Made by a program: the position numbers and the translations under genes
The notes under the pieces: generated by a model
Told to the model about the DNA's origin: nothing
What the model saw: the letters and a program-made list of their open reading frames with translations, nothing else
Database searches by the model: none
Assembly (NCBI GenBank): GCA_051362555.1
Contig: CM120640.1
Location: 22,616,225 to 22,680,224 of the forward strand
Origin: Lingula anatina
Lineage: Eukaryota; Animalia; Brachiopoda
DNA: 64,000 nt
Reading direction: 5' to 3'
In this document: in pieces, positions 17,393-29,832 of the stretch
How the letters are laid out: each line of letters opens with the position of its first letter
How positions within the stretch are numbered: the stretch's first letter is position 1

Positions 17393-19687
17393 TAACCTAC
17401 AACAACCTTTTAAGTTCAAGGAGGCCAAACAACCTTTCTATCATGTCTGACAGACAAATTGCTGATTGCATTCTTTGTGATGGGAGAAGTTTGCTTTAAA
17501 CAATTTTATTAGATGATTGATCATAGGAACTCTCTGTGATGTAGAAAAGGCCATAAGTGCTGTACCTTATTTGTAGTGTTGACCTGTATCAGGTTGCCTG
17601 AGTAAGACCAACAGCAGTGTGCACATTTCTTGTTCCACAAAAAAGTCAGTGTTTTGCTATAAACATTGGGGAAATACTTGTAGTGATAATGTTTATGCCT
17701 TTCCTATGTTTAAAAGCATGTTCTGGGGAGTTTGTACCTGTATTGCAATGTTGCTGTTGGGCTGTCATAAAAGCCATACACAGGCTAGTTTTGAAAAAAA
17801 AAAGGCTGACTTTTATTCATTTTATGACCCTAGGCCATTCTGAGTGTTCTATTTAGGTACTGGTACTTGCCAGCATTTTTTTTTTTTTTTTTTTTTTTTT
17901 TTTGTGGTGGAATCTTCTCTGCTTTACATGATTATTTCCTGGTATTTGGACTAAAATAGGTTATAACCTATTCAGTTTTATTGATTATGGTAAAAAAGGG
18001 GGAGAAAAAGAGCTGTAAAGAAGCCACTATCTTGATGGTTATTTCCATTATCTTCAAAATGGTGAAATGCTAAAGGCCAAATCAAATGGATTTGGCATGT
18101 TACGTTTTGTTCAACACTGGCTTCTTAATTGGATTTTTAATTGAAAGAGAAAAATTGACGTAAATAAACAAAATGAAAATTATTAACTTAATATGCATGT
18201 ATGTACAAACTGTATAATGTATCAAAGAATAAATGGAAGTGAAGAAAAACGGGAATTGCAATTTTTAACTTAATTTACCAGTGGCAGTAATATAGGACAT
18301 GGCGAGAATCGCTTCAAGTGCGTTTTCCCCCAAACTCTGGCTAATATTCTTATATTGTGTGACAACCTTAAGAACCATTACCACTGACGGAATTATTACA
18401 TTGCACTTTGTTGTACAACTTGGTTTACCAGTTGACGAAATACTCCCGTAGACTGAACAGTACTCCGTTTTTTTCTCATTGACTTGCTACCTCATTTCAC
18501 CTATGCTTCTCAAGGACGTATTGAGTAACTTGATTTAATGCTCGTAGTGTATCTCCGTGTTTTAACATTTTCCTTTTTCCATTCCGTAGGTTGGTGTTAG
18601 AAACAACCCAGCTGATTTTCATATACTTTCATTAGAAAAAAATCGCTAGAAGAAAGAGATGGCACATTGGTTTCTAATTCCGCATGATAAAAATCACAAT
18701 ATCTGGATGATTTGTCTTCGTCAGTTCTGAGGCAGTGTTAAACATGGCGATATTACTAGGCAAATGAGTTTCTCCCAAGTAAAAAAAATACAGATATGAA
18801 GAAATGACTGGTTATTGGAAACTGTGGGTTACAACTAGTTATTTGATGGTTGTGAAAGGTTTATGCAGGATCTAGCAAGAGATAAGCTAGTCGTGACGAC
18901 TGAAATTAAGATTTTGTCACACACAAAAACACACACCACCCTTGTTCAGATGGCTACACATACGTATTTGTCAAAGCTTTGTCTGTCGGACATAAACCCT
19001 GCGTTTAACAATACATGGAGGTATGGTGAATTACCATACATTGCCTTCCAGGCTTCCACTGTACATTGCTGAGGTCTGTATACAATACAAATCAGTCACT
19101 CAAAGAATAGCGGCACCCCAATGATCTAGGACATAATGCTCAGTCTTACCCCGAAACTGTCCTGGAATTCATTTGAATCTTTTTCTGTCTCGCTATACCC
19201 CCTCCCAGATTAAAAAAGAAATGGGTTGAACTATCAGAAGGCATTTCAAATAGCCCAAGGTGCAGCAATATGAAAATGGTGCAATGGTAACATGAAAGTG
19301 TATATTATAAGAGTTTGGTGAGGAAATTCACCATGGCAGCTATTATGCACCCAGATTTTTTATAAGTATCTGGGGAAAGGCGTTAATGCCAGTTTTGATT
19401 CTTCACCTGTAATTTTTCTTTTAACACGGTGCTCAGTTTAATGAGTCACCATGCTGAGCACATTAAGTGGAACCGTGACCTCTTTTCTGAGAAATCTGTT
19501 GTTTTCTTGAGCTGCATCTCGTAAAACGTCCGGGTTTACCTAATTTCTAAAAATACCTGGGTTCAGCACCATGAATGCCCAATCATTGATACATGTACAT
19601 GCCATCTCCTTAAAATACCACATAAATAAATATATCCAAAATACATTTTTTCTCAACTCATTTGTGTAAATTAGGAATTTAACCTAC

Positions 19688-19821
19688 CCTCTACCAGGGA
19701 CACAGATTAATTTTTCACAATATATTCACAGGTATATTTCTGGCTATTTCTGTGCTCATTTCTGTAGTGTGTCCAGTGAAAATGAATTTACGTCATCACT
19801 CAGCTAACCGCTGCTAGAGAG
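19688..19821 (-). mobile_element. Degenerate copy of the CCCTCTACCAG MITE
   Basis: ta|ccctctaccagggacacagatt...tattcacag...tctggcta, ending in a degenerate ctgctagagag|ta. Confidence 0.6.
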
Positions 19822-22109
19822 TACCAATAAATAAATCTTCAGTGTTTGGTGACTAAATTAATTTACATTTAAACATGTCATCTTACGGGTGACGTCATAA
19901 TCGCGATTTTGGGGTAAAAAATGAAAAATGGGTTTCTCAAATTTCTCTTTTACCTGATCACCGTTTCAATGCCGATTTAATGAGACTATTTAGTACTCCA
20001 AAACCCTGTCAGCGATTTTTCTTAAAGCAAAATGATGCCCTTGTTTGATGAAAATCTGTATTTAGGGGCTCATAACTCTATAACAAAAACCTTTAAACCA
20101 AAATGACGGCACGGGATTGTAGTCTATACTCTCCTGGACAACTCTGCCAATTTTTCGTGATGAAATCTTGTTCAGGGATGAAGTTACGCCCCATTCCGAT
20201 TGCTATCTCACCGCAAAATAGAAAGATGTTAAATTGACTATTAAAGCTGTGAGTTGCCTATGCTTATACATTGCAACGAAAAAATATAAACGCCTATATT
20301 TTATATTTTCGAGGGCTTATTCATTGTTTTAAATCAGCACCAATGCATTAGTGAAAAATAAGATGCAGGAAAAAACTCATTTTCGGTATTTGGATGATAA
20401 TAAAGGGTTACAATAACCTTAACTTTGCCTTGAAGAAAGGTGCACGATTATCCCAGGACCCAAAAACAAATTACAGTTCCCATTTCCTATACAAGTCAAT
20501 AACAGTTCGATGCAAAACCCCCATTTCTGTCTAATCTGCTTTCCTGCTTTTGTAGCTTGGTCATAGTTAAAATTTTTCAAAGGGCAAATAACTCCGTATC
20601 GGGAACATTTATTCATTCATAAAGGCTCTTTCGAAATTACCTCGGAATTAATGATGCCTTTCATCCCTGTGATCTGACGGAAGCACGATATTTAAGGGTT
20701 ATTAGAAGAATGAAGATTGAGCTCTTCTAAGAGAAAGATCTTATTCCCATCTGAAAAGCATGTGTGTTATGAATTTTCATGGAATTGGTATGATCAGTTT
20801 CGCGTTTAAAAGAATAAAAGAATCCAGGATGAAAAATTAGCTCAGTTGTCATCGATGTCATGTTGCGTTTTCAATAATATCAAAGGAAAGGAAGTTAAAT
20901 CTGAATGAGTAGATCTGTTTACCATAATCACATTGAACCTTGATCGAATTTTGATTCAAAGCGAACATTTTTTCAGGATTAAGGGGGGTTATTTCGAACA
21001 TCCCCCCTTCCTCCCTTCATCTTACAATTTTCGTTATGGGATGACGCTAATCTCAGAACGTATGTGGCTATATCAGAAATCGTGACTGTGGTGACTATGG
21101 CGGATATAGAAAGATTTGATACTGTACATACAAAATGTCTAAGCCATACGATATCGCCGTTGAAACATCTTTTAAACCGTGTAAAGTGGAGTTGTATTAG
21201 TATAGCTTTGTGTTATATTTTGGCATGATGGACAGCAAAGGGATTATATACAAAGGATGTTTTACAAACACCTGTTTAGTTTGCATTTTCGCTCTGTTAA
21301 CTTTCGCTCGGGAGAATTTCTTTGGAGGCGAAAGACCTACTGAAACGCAAATAGTGCTAATTCACAGAGATTGAAATGTCAATTAACCATATTTATTGCC
21401 TCTCTGATCTATTGCTAAATAAATTCGGAGACCTTTTTCGTGATAATTTGAAGCACGCAAAGGTTTTAATTTTGCTTTCATTACGTGCTGTTCATCTATA
21501 GTATCTAACTGACTCACCGATTAATAGGATGAATTAGTTTAAATGTCACCGTTAGACACTACTTTCATGTAATCGATTTTGAATGATTGCCAAAAATGCC
21601 CGATCTCTAAGTGTGGCTGAATCTTACATGTAGACTTCAAAGAGCGTCGAGTAAAATCGACTCACGTAACAAAAGACAAATGGAAATGGTTTGTTATGCC
21701 ATTCTAAACAGGCAAAAACATTGAAGTCAAGTTAGATTTTATGCTTGCCCGAGGCTAACTTGACAGTTTGAGATCACCCTTGAAAGCCATTTCTTGTCTA
21801 TTTAATTATGAAAAGACGTCAATGACACACACATCCCCCATTACATCCTATGGATATTATCCTTGTTCAATTTTTTAACGAGAAACCTTTTTATCCCCAA
21901 ATCAGAGTCATAGCGTTAAGACGTTGTCTACGGCCATTCCAGATCAATCTCCTCCAAGTAGGTGAATGTTCGACTTTGACCACAAAGTAGTTGGGCTAGT
22001 AGTTAAAAATGTTGTAAAGCACCCTGTGATATTTGGAGAAATTAAGAGGAACGCGTTCCTTGCCATGCATACCCCTTGTATTTGTCAGTGGGGGTCGATT
22101 TCACACTTA

Positions 22110-22364
22110 ATGACCATTCCCAGACCCTATCGTATTAACTGTGGATCGCTCTATCTACAAGGGGATTCTTGCTAAATTGCAATCATCTTAAGCGGCTTAG
22201 ATGTCTGTCACGCCTACTGAAGCTGCTAGGGGGTAATTAATTATCGTTTAGCAGCTTAAATAGGCGTGTCAGACATTTAAGCTGCTTAGGGTGAAAGCAA
22301 CTTCAAGAGAGACCCCTTGGAGATCCTGTTAGATCGATCTACATGTAGGTATAGGAACCCAGTC
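22110..22364. mobile_element. Harbinger-like palindromic MITE, family A long form
   Basis: c-TTA|atgaccattccc...ggaacccagtc|TTA. Internally palindromic (cggcttagatgtctgtcacgccta pairs with taggcgtgtcagacatttaagctg) around gggtaattaa. Confidence 0.85.
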
Positions 22365-22367
22365 TTA

Positions 22368-22581
22368 CACCCCATTTCCATAGATTAGATCGACCTACTT
22401 TAGATCGACCTAACTCCCTGGGGGTTCACGCTAAATAGCTGTCAGCCGGGCGGACACGAAAGTTAATTACCTCTTACAGCTTGTAGTAGGCGGGGACGGA
22501 CACTTAAGGGGGGTTATCTGACAGTAATCTAGTGAGACTCCCCGCGGTGATAGATCGATCTAAAGTTGTGGGAATAGACCC
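22368..22581 (-). mobile_element. Harbinger-like MITE, family A short form
   Basis: TTA|caccccatttcc...gggaatagaccc|TTA-g. Near-identical reverse complement of 24878-25092. Confidence 0.9.
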
Positions 22582-24167
22582 TTAGGTGCTGAGTAGCGCA
22601 TACCCTTGTCAATGTTATGTAATGCAAGTTACGCATCTGAAGCATGGACTTACATTTATTCCAGATTCCCCGCTGAGTGATTGCACTGAACCTCCGTCTT
22701 CTGTTGAGGCCCCGTTTAAGGGACGATGGGAGTGGGACAGCCACATTATCCCAAACCGTTGAAGTGCACAGTGCCCCACAGCGTGATTTTGTATAGTATT
22801 TTAGGGAGGCTTGATATCGGAGGCTAGGTATATGTAGGAAGCCAATGACCAGGCCTGTTTAATTTACTTTTTCTTTATACTACGAGATTAATCAAAAATC
22901 GTTAGTTTTCACTCTCTTTATTTCTTACTTTCTTCCTCTACCAAATAAAACTATAACAACGATTTGCAGCTTTTAAACATGTCCATTTTTAACATGTTCA
23001 TTTATATTGGTCAGACGAGACATTTGACCATTTCAGTGTCCTCGGTGACAGGTGATCTTTGGTGGTCAACCTATAGGCTACATTTGAAAAAAAAAATTCT
23101 AATATGATTTAGGCCTAATTCTGTTTCACCAATACAGTAGGCCGTGCCTTTTAAGGCCACAAATACCAGTTCGTTCCTGGGTGCTATGAAGCGAAAATGT
23201 CCTAATCATATTGATATTTGGCACCCTGAGTTTTAGTTTGCTGGAAACTAACCTTTATTATTAGCACACCTAAGTTGCTGTAACAGTAAACATTTGAAAC
23301 TCTTGAAAACTCTTGGTGGTATTTCTTTTGACACGACATATACACAAGATCTTGTCGGAGTGATTTTTTCTCCCCCTTATTGTAAATTTTGCTCCTAGTT
23401 TAGTTTTCTGGCCGAAATTTTACATCAACAGCAAACATGATTACTCAATTTCTGGTTCTGTCTCCATTCCTCTTCTTGTCTCATCAATCATGAGGATACT
23501 TTTTCACCACATAACATCATGATTATTAAGACAGCTAATATTTCCATCAGGCTGAGTAAATACAACTGCACTGAACTGGAGGTAAATCCAGATACCCTGA
23601 TATTTATTACCTATCGGAAACCCCTCTGTCTTTTCTTATTGGGTGACATTGGAAAGATAACTATTTGGTTCTCGAGGCCTGTTTCCAAGAGATTCAGGGT
23701 ATATTTGGCTGATACAGAACAGAGCCGGAATATGGTGCAGTAACAACACATACGTGTGGGAGGTTGAGAGGTTTCTGCTCTTTTACCCTTTTTGACATTT
23801 TTCTTTTTTCAGTAACGGACCTGTTGGTTGGCATGAATGAATCTTTTCGAGGGATATACATTTTGACACTTCCCATATGTGTCGGCGTATACACGCTACA
23901 TATATATATATATTTACAGATAGGCAAATATCGCATTGAGTTACAGTTAAAATACACGGTGCTGACAAGGTAATAGTTGCGTAGACCCCCACGCCCTTTC
24001 ACGATCTGAGAGGTTTCATTTGCTTAACAAGCTGCAAGCAACTTAAAAAAAAAACTCACGTAACGTTTATTTGAAAATTGCCTATTTTACTCATTCTGTC
24101 TCATTACTGTTATCAAGAGACATAGAGTGATGTATCTGTTTTTTACAGTAGGGACGATAACATCTTT

Positions 24168-24610
24168 GAGACCATTCCCAGAGACTATGACTGGGTTCCC
24201 ATGCCTAGATCGATCCATCTGGATCGATCTAATTCCCTGGGGAGTCTCACTATAAATTGTTATCAGCTAACCGGCTTAAATGTCTGACACGCCTACCGAA
24301 TCAGCTAGGGGGTAAAGGTAATTACCCCCTTACAACTTAACTAAGCGTGACAGACATTTAAGCCGTCAAGTTGACAGCAATTAAGTGAGACTCCCCAGGG
24401 AGATAGATCGATCAAAATATCTGTGGGAATGGTCCCTATCGTACTTACTTTGGATCAAACTATCTCCGAGGGGATTCTCACTTAATTGCAATTACTTGGG
24501 CGGCTTAGATGTCTGTCACGTCTGCTGACGCTGATAGGGGTAATTAACTATCGTTTAGCAGCTTCAGTGGGCGTCCCAGCCGTCTAAGCCGCTTGGGCTG
24601 AAAACAATTT
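24168..24610. mobile_element. Nested MITEs: a family A copy (24189-24436, TSD TAT) inserted inside an older family A long-form copy
   Basis: Removing 24189-24436 plus one TAT restores gaccattcccagagactatcgtacttactttggatc, which aligns with 22112 onward (gaccattcccagaccctatcgtattaactgtggatc). Confidence 0.85.
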
Positions 24611-24877
24611 TTAAGGCAATTTCTAAACGCGTTTTATGGTACAATATAATTTTTTGAAAAAAGTCAAAACATTTTAAACATTTGCAAAATTTGAAAAAAA
24701 ACTATATTGGGAAGTAGACTTGAAACATTTTTCAGACAGAGAGAGAGAGAGAGAGAGAGAGAGCACAAACAAGCTTTACGTACGTATCCCAGTCAGTAAG
24801 CTCATTATGTAATCGATTATTTCTTGTTATTAACCGAACCCACGTGCTCCCAAGAGCAGTAATCAAAGCGCGTCTAA

Positions 24878-25092
24878 GGCTCTGTTCTCACAACTTTTAG
24901 ATCGATCTATCACCGCGGGGAGTCTCACTAGATTACTGTCAGATAATCCCCCTTAAGTGTCCGTCCCCGCCTACTACAAGCTTTAAGGGGTAATTAACTT
25001 TCGTGTCCGCCCGGCTGACAGCTATTTAGCGTGAACCCCCAGGGAGTTAGGTCGATCCAATGTAGGTCGATCTAATCTATGAGAATGGGGTG
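24878..25092 (+). mobile_element. Harbinger-like MITE, family A short form
   Basis: c-TAA|ggctctgttctca...gagaatggggtg|TAA-g. Confidence 0.9.
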
Positions 25093-25228
25093 TAAGTGTA
25101 CCCTATGGGTAAAGCACTAATAAAAATGTGCTGCACGGCAAATAATGCACGGAAAAGGGTTGATTGTGCTGGATGATGATATGAAAGCAGAAGGCAGAAA
25201 AAGACAGTGACAGAATACATCTCTCTAA

Positions 25229-25437
25229 GGGCGCATTCCCATACATTTTAGATCGATCTATACCCTTGGGGAGTCACATTAGATTACTGTCAGATAATCC
25301 GGCTTAAATGTCTGTTCCGCCTACTTCAAGCTGTTAGGGGGTAATTAACTTTCGTGTGCGCTCGAAGCTATTCAGCGTGAACCCCCAGGGAGTTAGGTCG
25401 ATCTAGTTTGATCGATCCAATCTCTAGGAATGGGGTC
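25229..25437 (+). mobile_element. Harbinger-like MITE, family A short form
   Basis: c-TAA|gggcgcattccc...ggaatggggtc|TAA-g. Confidence 0.9.
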
Positions 25438-26982
25438 TAAGAAAATTCTCATCTGTAAAAGTGGCTGTGACGACATTGGCGTTGGTGCTTTGGGTATTGC
25501 CACTCTCGTGCCAACGAACCGTTTCCTTTGTCGATATGTGAATTGTTTCTAAAGCAGCCTCAGTATTTTCATTCATATCTCCATGTTACTTGCTTATGAG
25601 ACTGAACCTACATGAACAATGCAACGACAGCGACTACATTTCTCATTTGTATCCCTTAGTTACCATGCCTGTCGGCGCGACACCTAACGCATATCTACAA
25701 AAGGCAGCTACCGGTGACGTTTCCGTAGCTTTAAATGTAAGACCATTCATCTAAGTGTTCTGTAATTTTAACTATAAGAATCTAATCTCGAACCGCTCAT
25801 AAGATGGAAAAGTATACATTACGATTTGTGTAAGCATCTTTGGTAGATAAGATAATGCACACTTCTAAATCTAAATCGAATTGAGACAATTCTTTTAATG
25901 ATAGACATCCGATACATCATTCAATGTTACTTTTCTGGAGTTTGCAAAACAATACAACCACTTCATCCAAAATATGTAATTGTACAATATATAGCATGAG
26001 CGTTTGTAATAATTGGCCCGACAAACGTCACTCAATGAAAGGTCAAGGCCAGACTACAAAACTATAAAGGTAATGTCCAAGCGGCAACTACACCCTGCAA
26101 CTGCTTTATCTTAATTCAGTTTGACATACACTTGCACTTTTGTTGGATGCATTAAAACACACGTGTACAGTTGTTTAACATGATGCACATAAATATATAT
26201 GATTATAATATATGATAATCAGCATAGTCCATTTGTATGTGCTTAATGTGACAGATTGATAAATAAAAAATAAAAGAAAAATACTTAAATTAGGTCATAT
26301 AATTATATATTTTAGGGTATACGCCCATAACCCTAATCTTGGAAATAATAACTAATTTTGCCCATGCTCTAATGAAAGTTTATCCTGGATCAAAGTTAAA
26401 CGACATTTTCTTTCTTAAATATAAGAGTACTTTTCGACTTGATTACTTTTGTGTAATTGGACCCAGAGGCGGGCACTCCTGTTCAGCAAGACAGGCGACA
26501 TTGGTTTGGCTACGATGTCTTTTAACGAAATTACAAACGCCTAAGTGCGAAATCGATAAAATAATCTTTAGGTCATTATTTTTCACATTTCCGCCTATGC
26601 CAGTATATTTGCTCGTATATATCTGATAGTAGATGCTACACATTAAATGATTAAATGCATGATTTGATCCTCTTTCCATTTCTTTTCTTCAATTTGTTGG
26701 ACCGTCATTAAAATTATGGAATATCATTTACTGATTAGGTAAAGAGCTTTGAGTTTTTCTAGTGCTAAGATCGATACTGTACTTAATTGAATGTAGACAT
26801 GGAAGCCAATTCCATTGAAAGAACGCACCAAACGGAAATTTCTTTAACTGAACTCTGTGCTGTTTAGTCTTTTACAACCACCAGCTAATGCGAAAACAGT
26901 ATGGTTTTAGTATAATTAGTAGTCAAGATATTACAAAAAGCAAAATTTGACATGGTCTGTTGAGCAGTTTGACTGAGTCATA

Positions 26983-27197
26983 GGTTGTATTCCCAGAGCT
27001 TTTAGATCGATCTATCCCTGCGGGGAGTCTCACTAGATTACTGTCAGATAATCCGGCTTAAATGTCCGTCCCGCCTACTACAAGCTGTAAGGGGGTAATT
27101 AAATTTCGTGTCCGCCCGGCTGACAGCTATTTAGCGTGAACCCCCAGGGAGTTAGGTCGATCTAAAGTAGATCGATCTAATCTCTGGAAATGGGGTC
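26983..27197 (+). mobile_element. Harbinger-like MITE, family A short form
   Basis: c-ATA|ggttgtattccc...ggaaatggggtc|ATA-g. Confidence 0.9.
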
Positions 27198-27629
27198 ATA
27201 GACTGGGCGCAACGTTGGTTTGCGTAGCATTCAACCTGTGGTTACCAATTTTTACAAGGTTCAATTGCGCCTAAACAGAGTGGCGCAATGGGTGAAGTCA
27301 TTCCATATATTATGAATGAAAAACTAGAATAAAAGTTTTTAAGTAATGCCAAAAAATATAACCCGTTCGTCTCGCCCATATACTGTACTTTCTATTGATG
27401 TATGTCACTTTGCTGTACATCGCCTCATCGTAACTATATCTGGTTCTTCAGTCACAGGTAATGCAAATCGACACCAATGATACTACAACAAAGAAGCATT
27501 GTAATATCTTCGAGTTCAACATCTTGTTAACAGTATATTCGCACAGACTTAACAATTGGTTCGCCTGGCTGTGACAGAGGGGCCATATCAAATCGCGATG
27601 CAAGTGTATTCCCTGTTTCGAAGCTAGAT

Positions 27630-27995
27630 ATCTTGCTGAAAATAACAGTTGACAAGGAAACTCAGAATTTAACTGATATGAAAAAAGCTACATGTAGGCC
27701 TATATGTGTGCGCTTCCGCAAGCTTAAGGAGGAGCTAATTATGGGGACATGTTTTGTAACTGCACGATAACCAGATGATCTGTTTTGTCAGAATATCGTG
27801 TTTCATAGAGATCTTGTTGAAAATAAGAGTTGACAAGGAAGCTCAATTAGTGATATAAATTGCTATATGTATGTGAGCGCTTCTGCTCAAGTGCCCAAGC
27901 TTTGATAAAAGGTAATAGATGGGTCATGTTTTGAAACATCATTATAATCAGACAATCTGTTTTGTCAGAGCATGGAATTGGATCTTGATAACAAA
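27630..27995. repeat. Decayed tandem duplication, about 180-bp unit x2
   Basis: atcttgctgaaaataacagttgacaaggaa (27630) vs atcttgttgaaaataagagttgacaaggaa (27811); atctgttttgtcaga recurs at about 27778 and 27955. Confidence 0.8.
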
Positions 27996-28704
27996 ATACT
28001 GGATTTTTATGAGAATCGAATAGCACCATTAAGTCGGAAACAGTTTCAGTGTACCCTTTTCAGATGCTGATAAACATACGGCACTCACCGAGTGTGCGGG
28101 TCTTATCAGCAGTGTTTCAAAAGAACGTCAGAAGGCTAGAAATAAACGTGTCACAGCTGTGCCGCAGAAGACGTCACAACTTTGTTGGGGAAGACAAGGA
28201 TTGAATTCAAAAATGTAGATGAGTTTTTGGTTATTGATTTATCTTGTCTTGATATAAATGTCGAGAAGAATATTCCCCGATAATACTCTTTAGAGGGATT
28301 ATATTAACGTTTGGCTAATGAAGCAGCTAAATTTCTTACATTGAAAATTCAGGAACACAGGTATCGGTAGTATTAATAAATGATGATGATTCTGTACCCC
28401 ATTCTACTTACAAGAACACATCCACGCCATCATACAAATAACAGAATGAAACTGAACTTCAATTCACAGAAGGTGCACTTTATTCCCTGAGTCTGCTGAT
28501 TTCTTGGTGACGAATGACAATACCGATGCAACTTTGAATACCTACACATCTTAAAATACGTGTGGATGCCTTTTTTTCTGTATGAGTACAAAAGCATTAG
28601 CGTACAATATCGTTTTGCGCTCTGTTCTACAAGTAATCGTTAAATGAAACAGAATGTTACATAGAGTCTATGTTCTAGAACGCCTCAGCCATGAATCTCT
28701 CAGT

Positions 28705-29832
28705 TCAGAGAGCATCAGGGGGCGGATCTCTTTCTACATTCTGCTCCAGCCTTAGTTTGATGCGGCAGAAAACGCTTTTCAACTCTCCTCGGAACTTTCT
28801 TCCAGAAACACAGTACAACGGAAAAATAAGGCAGTTGTTTGTGAGCGAGAAAATGTTCAGAATCTCTCTGCTCATATACAGTCTAACAAAAATGTCATCG
28901 CGTGGCAGCACGCTGGTATCGTCATACATCGAAAAAATTACAATGTCGACAAGAGTAAGAGGTAGAGTTAAAATCAGGAATGAAAAGGAGAGGGTTAAAA
29001 GTAAAATGTCAAGCTGGCGCTGAACCCCCTTGACTTTCTGCTTGTTGAAACTAGCACGGTAAACTGCCTGCTTGGACAAAGCCTCGGAGAGGTTCTTCAT
29101 GATAATCCCATTCATAGTGAACAAAGTGAGAGAGGGCAACAGACTGAAGAGTACAATCACCATTATTATCCTAGGTCTAATGAGTTCTTTTCTGGTCATT
29201 TTACACATATAGTATTTCTTGGAGACAAACACGTCGTCCCATGCCCAGAAATTATATATGCTGACTAATGAAAATACACTCACGATCACAAAGATAGCAA
29301 TCCGCGCGTTTCTTTTCTGACACCACCTGGTGGCTCGTAGGGGAAGGACAATGACGATGAATCTATTGAATGTCACGGTGACAATGAGCCATGACGAGAC
29401 GTAGGTGACAGTGTCGGTCAGCCATACCAGCACTTTGCACGCAACCGCACTTCTTATTTCTAGATCCCCCGACGCTGTTAGCGTGTACAGTAAATGTAGC
29501 CATAGAAGCAGCGTATCCGTGACTGCCAGGGCCAACAGGAACTGGGCAAGGGCAGTCTTCCTCAAGCTCTTACTCCACAGGAACACAATGAATGTCAGGA
29601 CATTTCCTACAGTTCCCAAAATCGCTAGTACTTTAGGAATTACTTGGTAAACCAAGCTGAGTTGGCTGTATACCTTCCCCTGTTCTTGGCTAATGTTCCA
29701 GGAGTTATTCATGAATGAAGAAGACGAATTGTCGTAATCTTGAAATAGCGTAGCATTCAAATAGCTTTCGTCGAGGTTGGAAGAACCTATCAGAAAGGAG
29801 TCTGTGGAATTAACGACGTCGGGAATATTCAT
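28705..29832 (-). CDS. Class A (rhodopsin-like) GPCR, invertebrate peptide/FMRFamide-receptor-like orphan, single coding exon
   Basis: Seven hydrophobic segments. TM1 GTVGN, TM2 LALAVTD, C3.25 (ACKV), TM3 end NRF..I..PL, ECL2 Cys, TM5 LP, TM6 FLILTLP, TM7/helix 8 FPLYCVSGRKFR. Several N-terminal N-glycosylation sequons. A splice acceptor at 29922 (ttttttgcag on the minus strand) indicates upstream non-coding exon(s). Confidence 0.92.
   Translation of the reverse strand: MNIPDVVNSTDSFLIGSSNLDESYLNATLFQDYDNSSSSFMNNSWNISQEQGKVYSQLSLVYQVIPKVLAILGTVGNVLTFIVFLWSKSLRKTALAQFLLALAVTDTLLLWLHLLYTLTASGDLEIRSAVACKVLVWLTDTVTYVSSWLIVTVTFNRFIVIVLPLRATRWCQKRNARIAIFVIVSVFSLVSIYNFWAWDDVFVSKKYYMCKMTRKELIRPRIIMVIVLFSLLPSLTLFTMNGIIMKNLSEALSKQAVYRASFNKQKVKGVQRQLDILLLTLSFSFLILTLPLTLVDIVIFSMYDDTSVLPRDDIFVRLYMSREILNIFSLTNNCLIFPLYCVSGRKFRGELKSVFCRIKLRLEQNVERDPPPDAL

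Noticed and set aside
19880-20640. Possible larger transposon remnant
   Set aside because: The composition is suggestive, but I could not identify TIRs, a TSD, a second copy or transposase motifs
18300-28600. Autonomous transposase or hidden gene supplying the MITE cluster
   Set aside because: No ORF above ~100 aa and no DDE, RT or Myb motifs in the ORF track
28691-29650. Plus-strand ORFs of 110 and 81 aa
   Set aside because: Antisense shadows of the GPCR
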